Source: Hormiphora californensis
Taxonomy: Eukaryota > Animalia > Ctenophora
Reading direction: 5' to 3'
NCBI GenBank assembly: GCA_020137815.1
Contig: CM035362.1
Span: 2,976,001-3,040,000 of the forward strand
DNA length: 64,000 bases
Shown here: positions 21,401 to 57,570 of the stretch, one piece after another
Layout: every line of letters begins with the position of its first letter
Position numbering within the stretch: the stretch's first letter is position 1
The notes under the pieces: model-generated
Told to the model about the DNA's origin: nothing
Databases searched by the model: none
The model's input: only the letters and a program-made list of their open reading frames with translations
Position numbers and translations under genes: made by a program

Positions 21401-23867
21401 GCTTTCGGCTTTTCAATATATATCCATTCTATATTGGACGAGTATACACAGAGAGCTGGTTTTGCTCTCTCTCTGTGCAGGATAGACACCTTGCAGTATG
21501 TACGACACAGAGTGTGTGTGTATAATGTCTAACCGTCTAGCCAACGATTATATACAGAGATAGCTCTCTCTTTTATTACACAACGGCCTGCTTGAACAAG
21601 CACCCCTTGAATAAGAGTCACACGTTAGTAAGGTTGAGGTGAGATAAAAAGTGAGAGAGAGAGGGAGGTGAGAGGTGTCCTGGAGAGGGCGGGGAACTAT
21701 AATTGCACTTTGGTCACTGTAGAAAGATGAGATGATGAGGCGCACCCCAATAAGAGAGGAGACTTGCACGATGAAAACAGCACACGTTGGGAGAGACTTG
21801 AGAGAATAACCGGAAGAAGGCCCCAATTAAACACGCAGCCATGTTACACGCGAGTTGTACACCGGACCAGGGTTACCATGGTTACCATGGTTACCATAGT
21901 TAACAGGTCAGTTGTTACATTGTTACATTGATCTGGAAACATGTTATCTCCAAAGATGATCAACCAGTTTTAAAACCAGAAACTGTCCAACGATTAAAAT
22001 ATGAGGAAGAATGGGCTGACAAAATACCGACTGCTCAATCCAATCAAAACTGAGGAAGGAACCCGTTGAAGATACATCTAAAGATTCCCTGCCTCTAGCT
22101 ACTATCGTTCCACATAATTACAGCATTTACTTCCACTATTTACTCTCTGTGTGTGTGTATGTAATATACTGGCCATTTCAGAGCAATAACTCCAATGTTA
22201 CCAGACATAGACCACTGTGTGTATCGAATCTTAGCAGATCATATAGTCCAATGTTCTCCATCCTAGCTGATCATATTGAGTTCTCCACTGTATGGTTCAA
22301 TGTTCTACAATCTCCGAGCTATCCCAGTGGTTCATGAAACTATTCATGTGAACACCAAGGACCGCTATGATTTTCTTTAATCATGCCAAATTCAGTCCCA
22401 AGAACTCATTAAAATGAGAGAAGCAACTCCAAGAATTGTTGTCACCGCAAGGGGCAAGTTAAAATCAGAGCTACTCCAGTATCAGTTAGCGGACTACCAA
22501 AGACAAATCAGAGATAAATCCAACCAATATTTCCAGTTTTTTCTCCTGAAAGGAGCACCAAGGGTAAACCAGAGATAAATCCAACCAATATTTCAAGTAT
22601 TTTCTCCTGAAAGGAGCACCACGGGCAAACCAGATATAAATCCAACCAATATTTCCAGTATTTTCTCTACGTTCCAAGAAAGCTTTCAACATTCCAGAAG
22701 CTCTTTTCAAAAGGATCACCACTTCGTACCACCTGGCGTCAACTCTTTATTCTCACTATTATGCCAGGTTTCCTTTTTAGTGTAAGCTCAGCTTACACAG
22801 ACCATTATGTCGATTGTTCTTCCCCAGAACTATTCTCCCTTCCTACGCCACTTCCCCTCTTTCTCTGTGTAATCCACCATTCCTTCCCCTCCGTGTAATC
22901 CTGTCTGAGTGTACAGATCCGTTTTCAAATCTCTCCCTTTTCATCCTCGGCTACCCCCTGATTGAATCACCGATGTAACCCAACCCACTAGACTAGCGGT
23001 CTCTGGCCACTGGAGGGTAGCCCTTTCTTCTCTTTAGTCCTATCTTATTTTAATAGACAGAATAGAATTCCAGGGTCCGGTTGCAGCTCCATTTCGCAAA
23101 TAATGAGACAGACGTTATGTGTGGGCTTTTTCATTATCGATGAAGCGATAAGGAGAAGTCTCGAGTGTTCGGTTCAGGAAAATGTATTGCGTCAATCTAG
23201 TAAGGAACCTGGAAAGAGATGCCAGCGGGGGAAAGAACCAAAAGAACCACTTCAAATTTAGTGAAACACATCATAATATTAGCTCTCACCAATTCCACCG
23301 AAATCCGATGAATCTCCAACGACAAAAACTGCTGTTTCCCCTCAACATCCCCTTTTCCCACTTTTCCACCTAGCCCAGCCGTCCAAGGACCCCGGATTTA
23401 ACCCCAGATTGAAGACCTCATTTGAACCCCAGGTAATTCATCCGAATACACCTCATTTGAACCCAAGGTAATTCATCCGAATACACCTCATTTGAACCCC
23501 AGATTGAAGACCTTAGGTAATTCATCCGAATACACCTCATTTCAACCCCAGGTAACTCATCCGAATACACCTCATTTGAACCCCAGGCAATTCATCCAAG
23601 GACACCTCATTTCAACCCTGGAACAAAGGGACTACAGTGACCAAAGTGCAAATGAAGAAGGGGGGCCATCTCTCTAATATCAACTCCCCTGAACAAAAAG
23701 AGTGCGGGGATTAGCATACAACTTACACAGACGAACAAGTGTATTTCATGCAAAATCTAAAAGAAGTCTTTTTTTTCTGGAAAATAAATCTTACCTGGCT
23801 AATTTGAGGATGATTGACTGTGATATATTCACTTACCGAGTGCCATGTTAATCTTGTTGCTGCTCAT
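18477..23867 (-). CDS. UAP56-binding-motif + RGG-rich mRNA export adaptor-like protein (FYTTD1/UIF- or ALYREF-like)
   Basis: Exons 23837-23867, 19836-19934, 19061-19215, 18834-18954 and <=18714 join to MSSNKINMALDDIIKDNKK...GGRGGARGGARGG... The N-terminus matches the (K)xDMSLDDII UBM of ALYREF/UIF. No RRM is seen, exon 3 probably has indel errors, and the 3' end is uncertain. Confidence 0.65.
22511..22665. repeat. ~60-bp tandem repeat, about 2.5 copies
   Basis: AGATAAATCCAACCAATATTTC...GAAAGGAGCACCA repeated. Confidence 0.8.
23396..23620. repeat. ~34-bp minisatellite (CCTCATTTGAACCCCAGGTAATTCATCCGAATACA)
   Basis: About 6 imperfect tandem copies. Confidence 0.8.
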
Positions 23868-24745
23868 TTTGGAGGTTGGGTTGAAGCTAGATATATGCAC
23901 AGAGGGAGATGAGTTAGTTTGTTGGGGGAGATGGGGTATGTACAGAGGGAGATGAGTTAGTTTGATGGGGGAGATGGGGTAACTTGTAGGAAATAGGGAA
24001 AGAGGGTTTTGCAAGTTCAAAGTTGAGAAACAGGGAAAGAGGGTGTTGCAGTATAGGGGAGAGGGGGTTGGGAAATTTAGCATTATGGGGCAAGGCTAAA
24101 ATAACATCTAGGATTGAGGAAGGAGGGAGAACACACTGGGAAGTATGAGGAGAGGAGGGGCTACAAACTTCAATCAATTAAACATCTCAACGTGGTGTTT
24201 CGGAAAAATTGTGTATGTACGTAAGAAACAATGATTAAAACTTTGGCACACATCTTAACGGTGGAATATACATTTTACAGCCCCTATGTCTCTCTCTGGA
24301 TAACTCTTGGTATAGTGGTTGATGTAAAACACACAGTGTGCTATTTAGGGCTGTTTCTAGACTGTACAATCTGGCGTGCCAAAGCAAAAAAACAAACAAT
24401 TATAATACATAATAATATTGGAGAGAGATGTGTATCTTCAGATTACGTATTTAGTTTTATACGAAAATAAGTTAAAACAAACAGTTCTGAACGCATACAA
24501 ACTGAGACGTGTGTATGTGTGCGATGGATTATTTCTCTCTTCTTATTAAAAAATTATTTCACTCTCTCCTAAGTCCTAAGATCTACAAAAAAGCAACGGG
24601 TTACTTTTTAAATAAAAATTCCGATCTAACTTTGCGAAAAAAAATCATCGTATGCCTAATTATATTGTTCAAAGATTTGTACACCGTTTCCAACTAAAAC
24701 CATATTGCATGGAAAAATACATGGCCATATATTGTAAGTCAATAA

Positions 24746-26873
24746 TCACTCGAATTTCTTGCTCGTCTCTATCTGACGTCGTTTATCAAACACTTTCTTT
24801 CCAACAAACCCACCTACCGATCCCACACAAACAACAACTAATCCCCACAGAGGTATACACTGAAACACGAACTGTACCGCTACGGCAAGGAAGTAAACCA
24901 AGCACAGAACGGGAGCTGGATACCAATCAGAGTCTACAAACTGTCGGGACGCCCAACCTAGGAGAGATTCAGTCCCTGTTGATAACTCCACCTCCTCCTC
25001 CTCCTCAACTTCTTCAGATTTGGGATTTTCAATGTCACTCAGGTTCTCCTCGGTGACCCGAGATAGTTCAGAGTGGAAGGTGATGCACTCTGGCTCGGAG
25101 GGTTGTTCCTGGGATACATCTTCTTCCTCCTCGGAGATATCGTGACTCCACTCGTCCTTAGCTACAGAATCAAGGGGTGTTAACCTTTCCATACTTTCAC
25201 GAACTTCAGGAACTACAAGATCTTCTTCAGTTTTTTCTGTCTCCAAATCAAGGCTCTCGGTTTCCAAACTAGCTCTGTCATCGGATACGTTGTCACTAGA
25301 ATCATTTTCTATCGTAGTAGCAGCATTACTCTGCCGCTCCCTTTCTTCATCACCCACCTCCTCATCATCAGCAGGTTGCTTGATACTTTCTGTTACCACC
25401 TTTTTAACGGTTTCCTCTGGGGTCGGGGTATCAATACCGGAGTCGCTTTCCAAGCCCTTTTTCCGCAACGCACCTCTCCGAACTGCATCTGACTTGCGTC
25501 TTGTTGTCAAACTCGGCTCGGCGGTTCTAGTTTCATATCCAGGGCCATCTACCTCGAACATCTGTGAAACTTCAGAATTTATTGAGAGGTTATCTGAGTC
25601 AGAGAACTCACCGGAGTGAACTATTTTTACACTTTCACTCCTCTTCACCGGTTTCTTTCGTTTCTTGTTATGGGCTTTGTTCCAGATTTTATTGAGGTTA
25701 TCCACATTGAATTGCAGGGATGGCAGTTTATGAAGGAGCTCTTCCCGTTGCTGATCGTTCAGTCCTGGTGTACTAAACACAATACATCTCTTTACCTCTC
25801 TCGTCCACCGCTCCTTTTGTTCCGTATCTCGTGACATGACAGTGAATTCAGTTCCCTTTGAGGCGATGATAATCCATTTTAGGAAGTCTGATTGGACGTG
25901 TTCCTTTAGGGTGATGTTGTCCAGAGAAAAGAAGGATTTGTAGGCAAAGGAACATGTTGTGTCTGAGTTTTCCTTTCGTTTTGTCACCAGAAGACACTTT
26001 TTAAACAGGAATAAATATCGTGGTTCCTTTGCTCCGGAAATTTTAAACGAATCCTCGAGTAGGAGATCGCCCATGTTCGTCAACTTTTCTCCCTTCCACC
26101 CTATCAACTCGACTGCCTCTAACTCCTGGACTCGCTTCACAGAGTTTATCTTGAGTGCAGTGATGAGAAGTTGATCTAACGCTTCCTTGACAATATCATA
26201 CCCCACAATCGGACTGAGCTTTTTGTTCATGTCCTTGAAGAGCAGGGGGTATTTCAGAAATCTTTGAACCGCACGATGCAGATACTCCTCCACAGGAAAG
26301 ATATGGCCCAGTTCTCGTTGGCATTGTGCCAGGGCGCTCTTGCTCGGTTCAGAATTGTGTAACTGATCTAAACGGGATAATGAGGCCGGAAATGCAGCAC
26401 AGAACTCCACATATAGACGCGTTAAGGTGGGGATGTTGGAGAGAAAGAGCTCGGCAACTCTGTGCGGGTTACTAGTCAGATGCCAGGAGCTCAGAGTGGA
26501 TGACCCTGTGAAATGAGAGGATTTCTTCGATGTTAATAAATGCTTCCAGCATGGTAGTCTCGTCAAAACCGCTCGTTGGGTCTGCACGAAGACGGCATAT
26601 GTAGCCATCGACAACATCAGTTAGAGCATTAATGTATGTGAACTCCGTATCTGTTAGCTCCTGGATAAGAAAGGTGACATGCCGAAGGGCCTTCTCCGTG
26701 TCCCCATTACTGTTGTTGAAGGCCTTGTCGAGGGAATTCTCTGAGCCCGAGGAAGCACTTTTCAGGGAAGAAATGTCAGAGAGCGTAAAACCCGGCTGTG
26801 AGCTGTCATCAATAGAATTCAAACCGAGATCGACGGAAGGAATCGGGGAGTGGGATACAAGGGGATTTTCCAT
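24746..26873 (-). CDS. Intronless Dbl-family (DH-PH) RhoGEF, PLEKHG1/2/3-like, with C-terminal hydrophobic segments; one frameshift near 26475
   Basis: ORF 26472-26873 (ELTDTEFTYINALTDVVDGY) plus ORF 24746-26617 (YLHRAVQRFLKYPLLFKDM; PH domain GDLLLEDSF...RYLFLFKKCLLVTK). Confidence 0.85.
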
Positions 26874-27436
26874 ATTACATCATCTTTCTTCCCCCTTTTC
26901 CCGTTTACTATTTATGAGCCTTCCATACGGAGAGCTACAGAGAGTGAATGTTAGTACAATTCAACTGGTGAATCAGTTGTAAAAACCGGGCCATGTGGAT
27001 CAGAATTCAGACTGTAGCGATAGCTAATTTGAAACTTTCAGTGTGTATTTCTGCTGAATAAATCTAAGTTACTGGAGTAGGAGGAAAGTATGTCACAGAA
27101 GCCAAAAATGCCGATATGATGAATACTATACTAGAAGAGAGGCCATTTTGAGATTTGAACTGAAAATGCAAGAGATGAGGAGGGATCGCAGAAAAAAGTG
27201 ACTGAGGTCGAGCAGACAAAAAAAGTTTGGTTTCGCGAATTCGGATCGGATCGCGCGGCGTTATTGTCGCGCAGTAACGTCTTTTTTGCGCGTTACATTT
27301 ATTTCATATTTTTGTATTTCCCGAAATTTCGTACAACTTTTTCAGCTTCCAAATTTTGCGAACATTTTTGTTGCGCAGTTGCAGTCGGCATTCTCTTCAT
27401 TTCACGTACACTTACAACCCCTCTCCCACTCTAGCG
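26874..27436. promoter_or_regulatory. Probable bidirectional promoter between RhoGEF and SPPL2
   Basis: Head-to-head start codons separated by 563 bp, with a CGCG-rich core at ~27230-27295; similar CGCG patches at ~48235-48335 and ~56640-56710. Confidence 0.55.
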
Positions 27437-29280
27437 ATGCTATGGCTACTCATCACCCTCCTGCCTAGCATCACCCTCGCCTACCCGAACATCTACCACG
27501 GTGTAGTAGCCGCAACAAGCGGTAACACCACCCAAAAGTTCTGTGTTACCTTCGATCCGGCCTGGTTTTATACAACAGTTCTACGGAAATTTCGACGTTG
27601 CACCCCAGTATGAGCTGTACGAGCCGTACAAACCGGTAAACGGATGTACAGACTTGGCGGGAGATTACGATAACAAAACGGTGATCCTCCAAGATTCTGG
27701 ATCTTGTTCCTGTTGAGGAGCGAGTTGGGAGAGCACAGGGATCTTCCATTATTCTTCTCGCACGCACCACAGGGATCCTCAATGTCACTGATATCAGGGG
27801 AAGTAACTTTTCAAGTGCTCCAATTTTGTTGATAAACAAAAACACTTATGATAACATTGTATCCCATAACACTCTCATTTCCTTTTATTACCCTACCACC
27901 AAGCTGGATTTCAACATCTTCCTCATTTACATCCTCTGTGTGTTTTGCATTGTGGCTGGGAGCTACTGGTCACTTATACCCTGCGGAGATGAAGGTCTCC
28001 GAGTTCTGGACGACAACTCCCCGGCCACCCATCCGTCTCGTCATGCATTCAAGTGAGGAGGAGCGACCGGAACCGGAGGACTCGAAGAAGGAATCAATCA
28101 AAAACTTACTGTTTGGATGTATCATTGTGGCAGCTATGGCAGGAATGCTCCTCCTCCTTTACTTTGCCTACGATTACCTAGTTTACGTGTTCATGGTTCT
28201 ATTCTGTATCATTGCCACTAACGGAGTGTTCTCTCTCATCCAACCTGTCTGCATGGAGTGGGAAAGATTTACAACTCGGTGGAAGGTGACTTGTCTGGGT
28301 AAGGAGAGATCTGTTTCACCTTTCAAAGTGGCTGTTTGGATCTGTTGTTTGTCCCTCGCGGTGGTGTGGTTCGTTTACAGGCATTCTCCTTCCATCTGGC
28401 CACTTCAGGTAAATATAATCCTTTCTTTGAACCCATGATTTACTTTGGGGTGTCCCATGGTATACTTTGGAATGCTCGGGAATCGTGCACTTTTTTCCGT
28501 ATTCCAAAGTATTCCAAAATACATAAATACCGTATTAAATTTGTATTCACCATATTCTATTGGTGACGTACGCAGTCACTGAGTCACCCCTACTAATAAT
28601 AGGGGATTGCATCACCAACATATTCTAACCTCCCCCCTTTCCCTCCAGATATTTCTCGGAGTGTCTGTGTGTCTGAACATCATCAGAAGTGTACCACTAC
28701 CCAACCTGAAATTCATTGCAATCGTCATGATGATGCTCTTTGTATACGACATCTTCTTCGTGTTTGTCACACCCCTCTTCACCAAAGATGGTGTTTCAAT
28801 CATGGAGAAAGTGGCAACGGGCTCAGATCGGCCCATTTTCGACGCACCAAGAGGTACCTCAACCAGAGAGCAGATTCCCCTATCACTCAAAGTTCCTTAC
28901 TTCCAAGACAGTGATGTAAAGGTGTGCGGCGAGATTTACAATCTGATCGGATTTGGAGATATCGTCATTCCCGGGCTTTTGACGGCCTACTCGGCTTATT
29001 TCGACACCCTGGGCCACCCTGGCGGAACTAAATGGTATTTTATCGTCTCCTGCTTGTCCTATGCCATTGGTCTAGCCATCACATACGGGGCTCTTCTCGG
29101 AATGCAGATAGCACAACCAGCCCTGCTGTACCTAGTTCCATGTTGTCTTGCTGGGGTTATCGGGACGGCGCTGAAAGGGGCGAGTTGAAGGCTGTGTGGA
29201 CGGGAAGGGCAGGTATTGCTGCTGATAGTTTGAGTGATGAAAGAGAGAACGGAAACCACCAAGTTGGAGTTGTGGAATAA
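27437..29280 (+). CDS. SPPL2: Signal peptide peptidase-like 2 (GxGD intramembrane aspartyl protease)
   Basis: Signal peptide MLWLLITLLPSITLA; YDIFFVF, IGFGDIVIPG and QPALLYLVP motifs; one intron 28409-28648; about three 1-bp frameshifts (near 27575, 28020, 29180), probably sequence errors. Confidence 0.9.
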
Positions 29281-29290
29281 GAGACAGTGG

Positions 29291-29399
29291 CAGGAACCGA
29301 CCGAATCAGGAAATACTGGTCCCTGATTGGCTGATAACCAGTCACGTGACCTAAATAACGAGTTCTGATTGGTTGTTTACTTGTGTCGGTCGGTTCCTG
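29291..29399 (-). mobile_element. 109-bp MITE copy in the SPPL2 3' UTR
   Basis: Full copy, TSD GACAGTGG. Confidence 0.9.
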
Positions 29400-29949
29400 G
29401 ACAGTGGGAAATTATATGAAGCAGCCACCGATGATCTAGTAGAATCTCTCAGAGGTACAATGATGTGACTTTAGCTCTTTTCTTTTGGGCTATTTTCTGC
29501 TCCATCTTGTTATAAACCCCTTTTTCCTTCGGCTGGCGAGCATTGTTTCTGCCCTTTTTTAGTGGCTCCTTCTCCAGCATCTTATTGCCTGAAAAGTTTG
29601 AAAACTGAGCTGTATCAGAAGTTATAAATATCAGAAGAAAGTATAATATATATTATTGATTAAGTTATAAATGTTTAAAGTTTATAGTTTATGTACATGT
29701 TTAGAGAATGTGTATGTTTTGTAACGTGTGCTCTTTAAGTTTAATTTAATATTGATTCTTATCTCCTTAAAAAACTGTGTTTGTCTTCTTGACACTCATT
29801 TCCCTACCCGGCACTATCTCCTTTCGGATCTACGTCCATGCAGCGTTACTCATGTCTCTGCCTTTATCCCCAAATGACACAATAAACTTTCCAAACCCTC
29901 TCTCAAACCAATTCTCTCTAACTCCCTCTTCAATTTAGCCAGTACCAGA

Positions 29950-31907
29950 ATGCCAGTCCCCACCATGGTGAAATCGTCCAACTTGGCAAACTATCGAGGA
30001 AAGGAGGTCATGGCCTTTGGAAAAGTTCTATCGGTAAGGCTAATATTGTAATATTTTTGGGGGAAGGGGAATAGGCTAGGTGTCCTGGTGTCTATAATTT
30101 AAAACCTAATACACCTTTGCCTAGCTAGACTAGGAGGGTTAGAACATAACAAACACACATGTGTAGTGTAACTTTTGTTAACAAAGTTACCCCTCCCTTG
30201 CCAGCGCGAGGGTTTATTTCGTAACCCAGTGTAACTTGTAATTTGACCTTGACCTTGACCCCATCTAGCTCAATTTGCACTTGATATCCTGATATAATAT
30301 TCGTTGAAGTCATGGCGCCGGCTGATATTCAATATTACACACACTGTGTCTAGATCAAGTTTATATATCTCAACCCACTATGAACAATATTATACCCTTT
30401 GTTTTGGGCATCGAGACCTCATAGAGCACTGATAAAGCTTATAAAATAGTTGTTATTATTTCGGACTGAAAATGAAAATGGTCTTCCCCTACATTCATGA
30501 TCCAGTAACATTTTAGCAGGCATGAGTAGTACTCATTGAGTACTGATTGAGTACTGAGTACTGAGTACTGAGTACCGAGTAGCTGTAGTAGCAAAGTTAC
30601 CCCTACCCGTAGCTTGTATTGTATGTATTGTATGTAGATGTAACTCAATACTTATTATGTTCGAAGGGAACTTGGAGAGAGAGGGTCGAATGCATTCTAA
30701 CAGCTTGGACACCTACAATTCTCTACGAGCTAGCTGCCATTTATAATGTAACTGAAATACAGACATTAACTGAACTGAAATACAAACATTAACCGAGTTA
30801 TGACCGACAGACAAGCTCACCAACTAATCCATACAGAGACATACAGACAAACGGAGACGCTTACCGTATAGAGACATACAGAAATAACCTGACTAAATCA
30901 CCCATACAAACAGACAAACCATATTCAGCCCATAGTTATTTCAGTGAGCAGATCAGTTTACTCCCCTCTCTAGTAGTAAGGTGGTGGCAGTCTAACAGTG
31001 TACTTGCAGCCTAGAGCCACTCCTAGAAGAGATAGAGAGATAGAAAGATAGAGAATTAGAGAGGTATAAAGATATAGAGACTTGAGGTAGTAGAGAGAGT
31101 GGTGGAACGATCATAAAAAAGAGAGACGAGAGAGATAGAGAGATAGAGACAGAGATGATCCAGTAATTACATGGATTGCTGTGATCTGATCATTACGATG
31201 ATGATGTACACACAGACAAACTTAAACAGACAAACTCGTATTAATCATGTGAATTGCAATTCCCAACCACACAGGGCCCATTTGTCAAGTGAAACATGTC
31301 AACTGTCTAACTCTGTTCCTCCCTCCGTCCCTCCCTACTAACCCTATATCCGCTCCCAATATATTGGCAATAACCCTCCCTTCTCCCCTACATCTACCTA
31401 TAAAGAAGGGAGAATTAGAATGATTGCGAAACCTACCTCTCTGCTCCCCTCCCGCCCCTCTAACCCCCCATCTCCTCCTAGAACGAAGGGAAAGTAATGT
31501 CGATTGAGCTCTGCGACGGTGGAAGGGTGACGGTTCGATTCCCGGACGTTACGGAGGCCTCCCCTGATTCCAAAGTTGAGATCCAAGGAAGGGTCGAGGG
31601 TGATGGGATTAGTATCGCCGGAATGCAGCTTATCCACATTAGTGATGATACCGGTGAGTAAAGATTAAAGAAAGACTAAAGTTATTTGTTTTGTTCAAAC
31701 AGGGTCGATCAGCAATGCAAACAATTATAATATTATGAGTTCTTTTGAGTCCCACATAGTGTGTGGCCCACACCGTATTTTGTTTCTGTGAGGACCCTGT
31801 TTTGATTTCATTCACCAACATCCTTCCTTTCAGATATGAAGATAACCTCAAAAACGATTGATACGCTGGATAACTGGATGACGGATTGCTTTGATTTTGA
31901 GAAGTAA
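29950..31907 (+). CDS. RPA3: Replication protein A 14-kDa subunit (RPA3)-like OB-fold protein, 109 aa
   Basis: Three in-phase exons 29950-30033, 31482-31653 and 31834-31907: MPVPTMVKSSNLANYRGKEVMAFGKVLS-NEGKVMSIELCDGGRVTVRF...KVEIQGRVEGDG...DMKITSKTIDTL; size and motif order fit RPA14. Missed by the ORF track. Confidence 0.75.
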
Positions 31908-32566
31908 TTGGACAATCTATTTTTAACTTTTTAACATGTTATTACTATTCTACACATATTTTCTAATTTTATTTAACTCAACAAAAAAACCAAGAAATAT
32001 TTTATTTTCGTTTAAAAGAAAGGTCTTCGGTTTCAAAAAGAAATGTCTGCCTCTCTACCGATAAGAATAGAAGACGTTTGAAGACACGCCCAACCATTTA
32101 CCAGCCAATACACGAGTACAAAGCAGACAACGCAGGATCTCAGTTCTCGGAAGGATGGACATCAATGGAACGCGCGGTGAATATTTTGTAGAGGGGTTAG
32201 CGCGGGTTGGTGCGCGCGTGATCGTGGGAAAAACTCTGGCCCGCCGAAAATTGGCCAAGTCCGAGAGTGCAACAGTGGCTGTGTGGCATTGGCATCCTGA
32301 CTTCACACCGGAACAGCTAGCTCTAGCTCATTGTCTGAGATGGCAGGTGCAGCCAAATTAATACGTTCCAGGGCCCTTCTCAGTTCGTCGTCCAGCAATG
32401 ATCACCTCATTAGAGGAACACAAAAACAATGTGATTTTTTAGTAAAACAGTTGAAAGAAAAACATTGGCAAATAAATATAAATGATGGCACATAACCTAG
32501 AATTGAAAGCCTAGTGAGTGCTCTCTATCAATACCATAAACACATACAGACAGACACTCTGTGTTC

Positions 32567-32770
<204 letters not shown>

Positions 32771-33276
32771 TAAACACAGATTAAAGGATAAAAAGGTGGA
32801 TGCGGGTTGTTAAAACAGAAATAACTCAACGGAACGAACACACGCACAGAGCCCCAAAACGGGACACACTCTCACTCACACACACAATCTCTCCAATTCA
32901 ACCCAAGAAAGAGGATAAAAGTTTATTAATGCTGAATATCGTGTATTTTACATTCTCAGATCACAGTCTCCTTCCCTCCCGAACTCTCCCGAACTCTCCC
33001 TTCTCTCTCTCTCTCTTACATCAGCAGTATTTACATCTTATCGTGGGATGAAACCAACAACACAGCTTTAATAACATCTGAAAAATGAGCTGTTAGTTGG
33101 GAATAAAAAGGGGTAAAGTATTGTAAGCCCTGTCAGCAGGTACTAACGAAAGATAATTATGATAGAGAGAAATAGCTAACCCAACAGCCTCGGCGTCAAC
33201 CCGATCTGAGAAACAAAATGGGGAACGATGATACTCAACTAAATCACCAGACATACCTATGCAACAACGGAGAACC

Positions 33277-47587
<14,311 letters not shown>

Positions 47588-47923
47588 CCTAAAATCATGA
47601 TAAACCATTGTTAATTGAGGCCAGTGCGCCCCCGGGTTTGAGCAAACTCTCGTCAAACAACAAATGCAAATGTAATGAGCAATTTCTAGATTTATTTTAG
47701 CAGTAAATAATGAAATTTGAAGCCATTGATTTGATCAGCACACATGACAAAACATTTTAGGAAAAATCCATATTATAATTTCCAAACTGTTAGTCAGTAA
47801 GTCACTAAAATGTTTTTTTTAAATCATCCCACATTTTTTGAGCTAGACCCATGAAAATTTATACTTTCACTTTAATTTCCGTCTCACATCCGAAAAGTGT
47901 GTTTTGGACCCGGTGGCCACCGT

Positions 47924-48156
47924 ATAGGGATCCCTAATAAAGTTGTGACTTGTCACCAAACATGTGGTTCCCGTGGCGGCGTGGCTTCAAAACCCTTGTC
48001 AATGCGCGATTGTAACTTGTCACCGCATGGTTTGCACCGCAGCTACGCGCAGTGGGAACCATGTGCGTTTTGGTACACGCACCACGCGGTGACAAGTCAC
48101 AACCGCGCCTCCGCAAGACTACAGGGACAAGTCACAACTTTATTAGGGATCCCTAT
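47924..48156. mobile_element. 233-bp MITE upstream of the integrin start codon
   Basis: 31-bp perfect TIR ATAGGGATCCCTAATAAAGTTGTGACTTGTC with internal copies of TGTGACTTGTCACC; no TSD recognised. Confidence 0.7.
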
Positions 48157-49332
48157 TGCTTCATCACTGGGTTTGGAGAGTCGAGAAAAATTCAAATCGA
48201 AGAATTTTCTTTTTTGAAAAAGTGAGAAAAAATGCGCGGCGTCCTATCCGCAGAACATGATTTTTTAGCGCGCGCAAATTTATAAACTGTAACTGCGCGG
48301 CGCGCTTTGCAGCGTTTTAAAGAAAAGTTCGCGCAAGGAATAAGGACTTTTAATATTGAGCTGTTCCAATTCGGTTACCAGCTTTGGACAAACGAAACGA
48401 ATTGCTTTTGGGCTTCAAAATCTTTATCGCACTGACAAAACAATTAAGAGGTATAAATAACTCGTTCTCTCTCTTTCTCTCTCTCTCAGCCATTCTTCGG
48501 TACATGGTGGACAATGTACTGTGTCGAACAGCATCCATCACCTACAAGTTTTCTTTGAAAGGCGGATCAATATCCGAAATGGCAGTTGAATATCAAACTC
48601 GTGTGCTGGGACCCTCTCTAAAACAAGTTAGCACAAAATATAACTTTGCCAACATTTCCCTCCACTCTTTCTTCTAAAAGAGCAGAAGAGAATACCGGCA
48701 AGTTTAGAGGCCTCTTGGGATTATTTGGGAAAACATTATACTCAAAATAGTAGTCCCTTCAAATAACGACACATGAACTGGTGGTCCCTTCGCTTTGTGG
48801 TTTTTAGTAACACGTGATGACTTCTTGATACCTAATTCAATCCTTTCCCTCCCTCACCGAAACCTTTACAGTACAGGGACCCTTTTTCTGACATAACTTG
48901 AAAAACATCAAAAATCAAATTAACTTGTGAGAAAAAAACAATATGCAATTTCACCACATTCCACAATTTGGCAGGCTCTCTCGTGTTAGACAACTTGGTT
49001 GTTGGAATTCCTCAAACTCTACTTTCATTCTCACTCTGCACAACTATAGTGTCCAAAACTCTCTCTCTCTCCCTCTCTCTCTTTTCTCTCTTACTCTCTC
49101 TTTCTCACATTCTCTCTCCCTCCCTCTCTCTTTTTCCCTCTCACTCTCTCCCTCTCTCTCTTTCTCTCTCTCTCACTCTCTCCCTCTATCTCTCTCATCT
49201 TTACACGTATAGGAGTACCACTGCTAGAACATCTTCTCCTGAGATTCATCTCTAATCAAAATTAGCAGTTCTTTTTCTCTCTCTTTTCTCTCCAGGAACT
49301 CTATCTCTTTCTCTCTCTATCTTGGTCGTTCT

Positions 49333-57041
<7,709 letters not shown>

Positions 57042-57570
57042 TGGGCACTAAACAGTAGCCTCCTATAATACAGGGTTAGGTAGGGTTAATTAATATACAA
57101 AGTAATTAGGGCGAATTGTTGTGTAATTAATATCTGGATTTGAGATAGAAATTGTCCTGCCAATAGGGTTTAGATAGTATCTATTATCTGATGAGAGGGG
57201 GGGTCTATAAGAAGTAGTGAAGAAATGGAAAATGAAACCTGACAAGATATATTGGAGAGAGATTAAGATTAATTGTGATATACGGTAGGGAAAGAGAGTA
57301 AAACAGAAACGATTTCAACCATTCGTTGAATGAGATATGAACCTAGGTATATATATAATCATTGCACATCACACATTTCAAAACTATCTCTCGTTTGAAA
57401 CTTAAAAACACGCACATTATCACGATCATAGTATGGTAGTTGAACACCTCAAAAACAACAACATATTTAACCAACTTTTATTCTCCCCACTTCCCTCCTT
57501 TATCTAACCTAGCTAAATAGGATGATATTAGGTGAATATACAAAACCGAAATAAAAACTCTCTCTCTCAC

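Noticed and set aside
26465-26490. Programmed +1 frameshift in the RhoGEF (GAC TAG T)
   Set aside because: Similar 1-bp frameshifts occur in SPPL2, RBFOX and integrin exons, pointing to assembly indel errors; raw reads are needed.
27437-29280. SPPL2 as a pseudogene
   Set aside because: All catalytic motifs are intact; the frameshifts fit the general error pattern.
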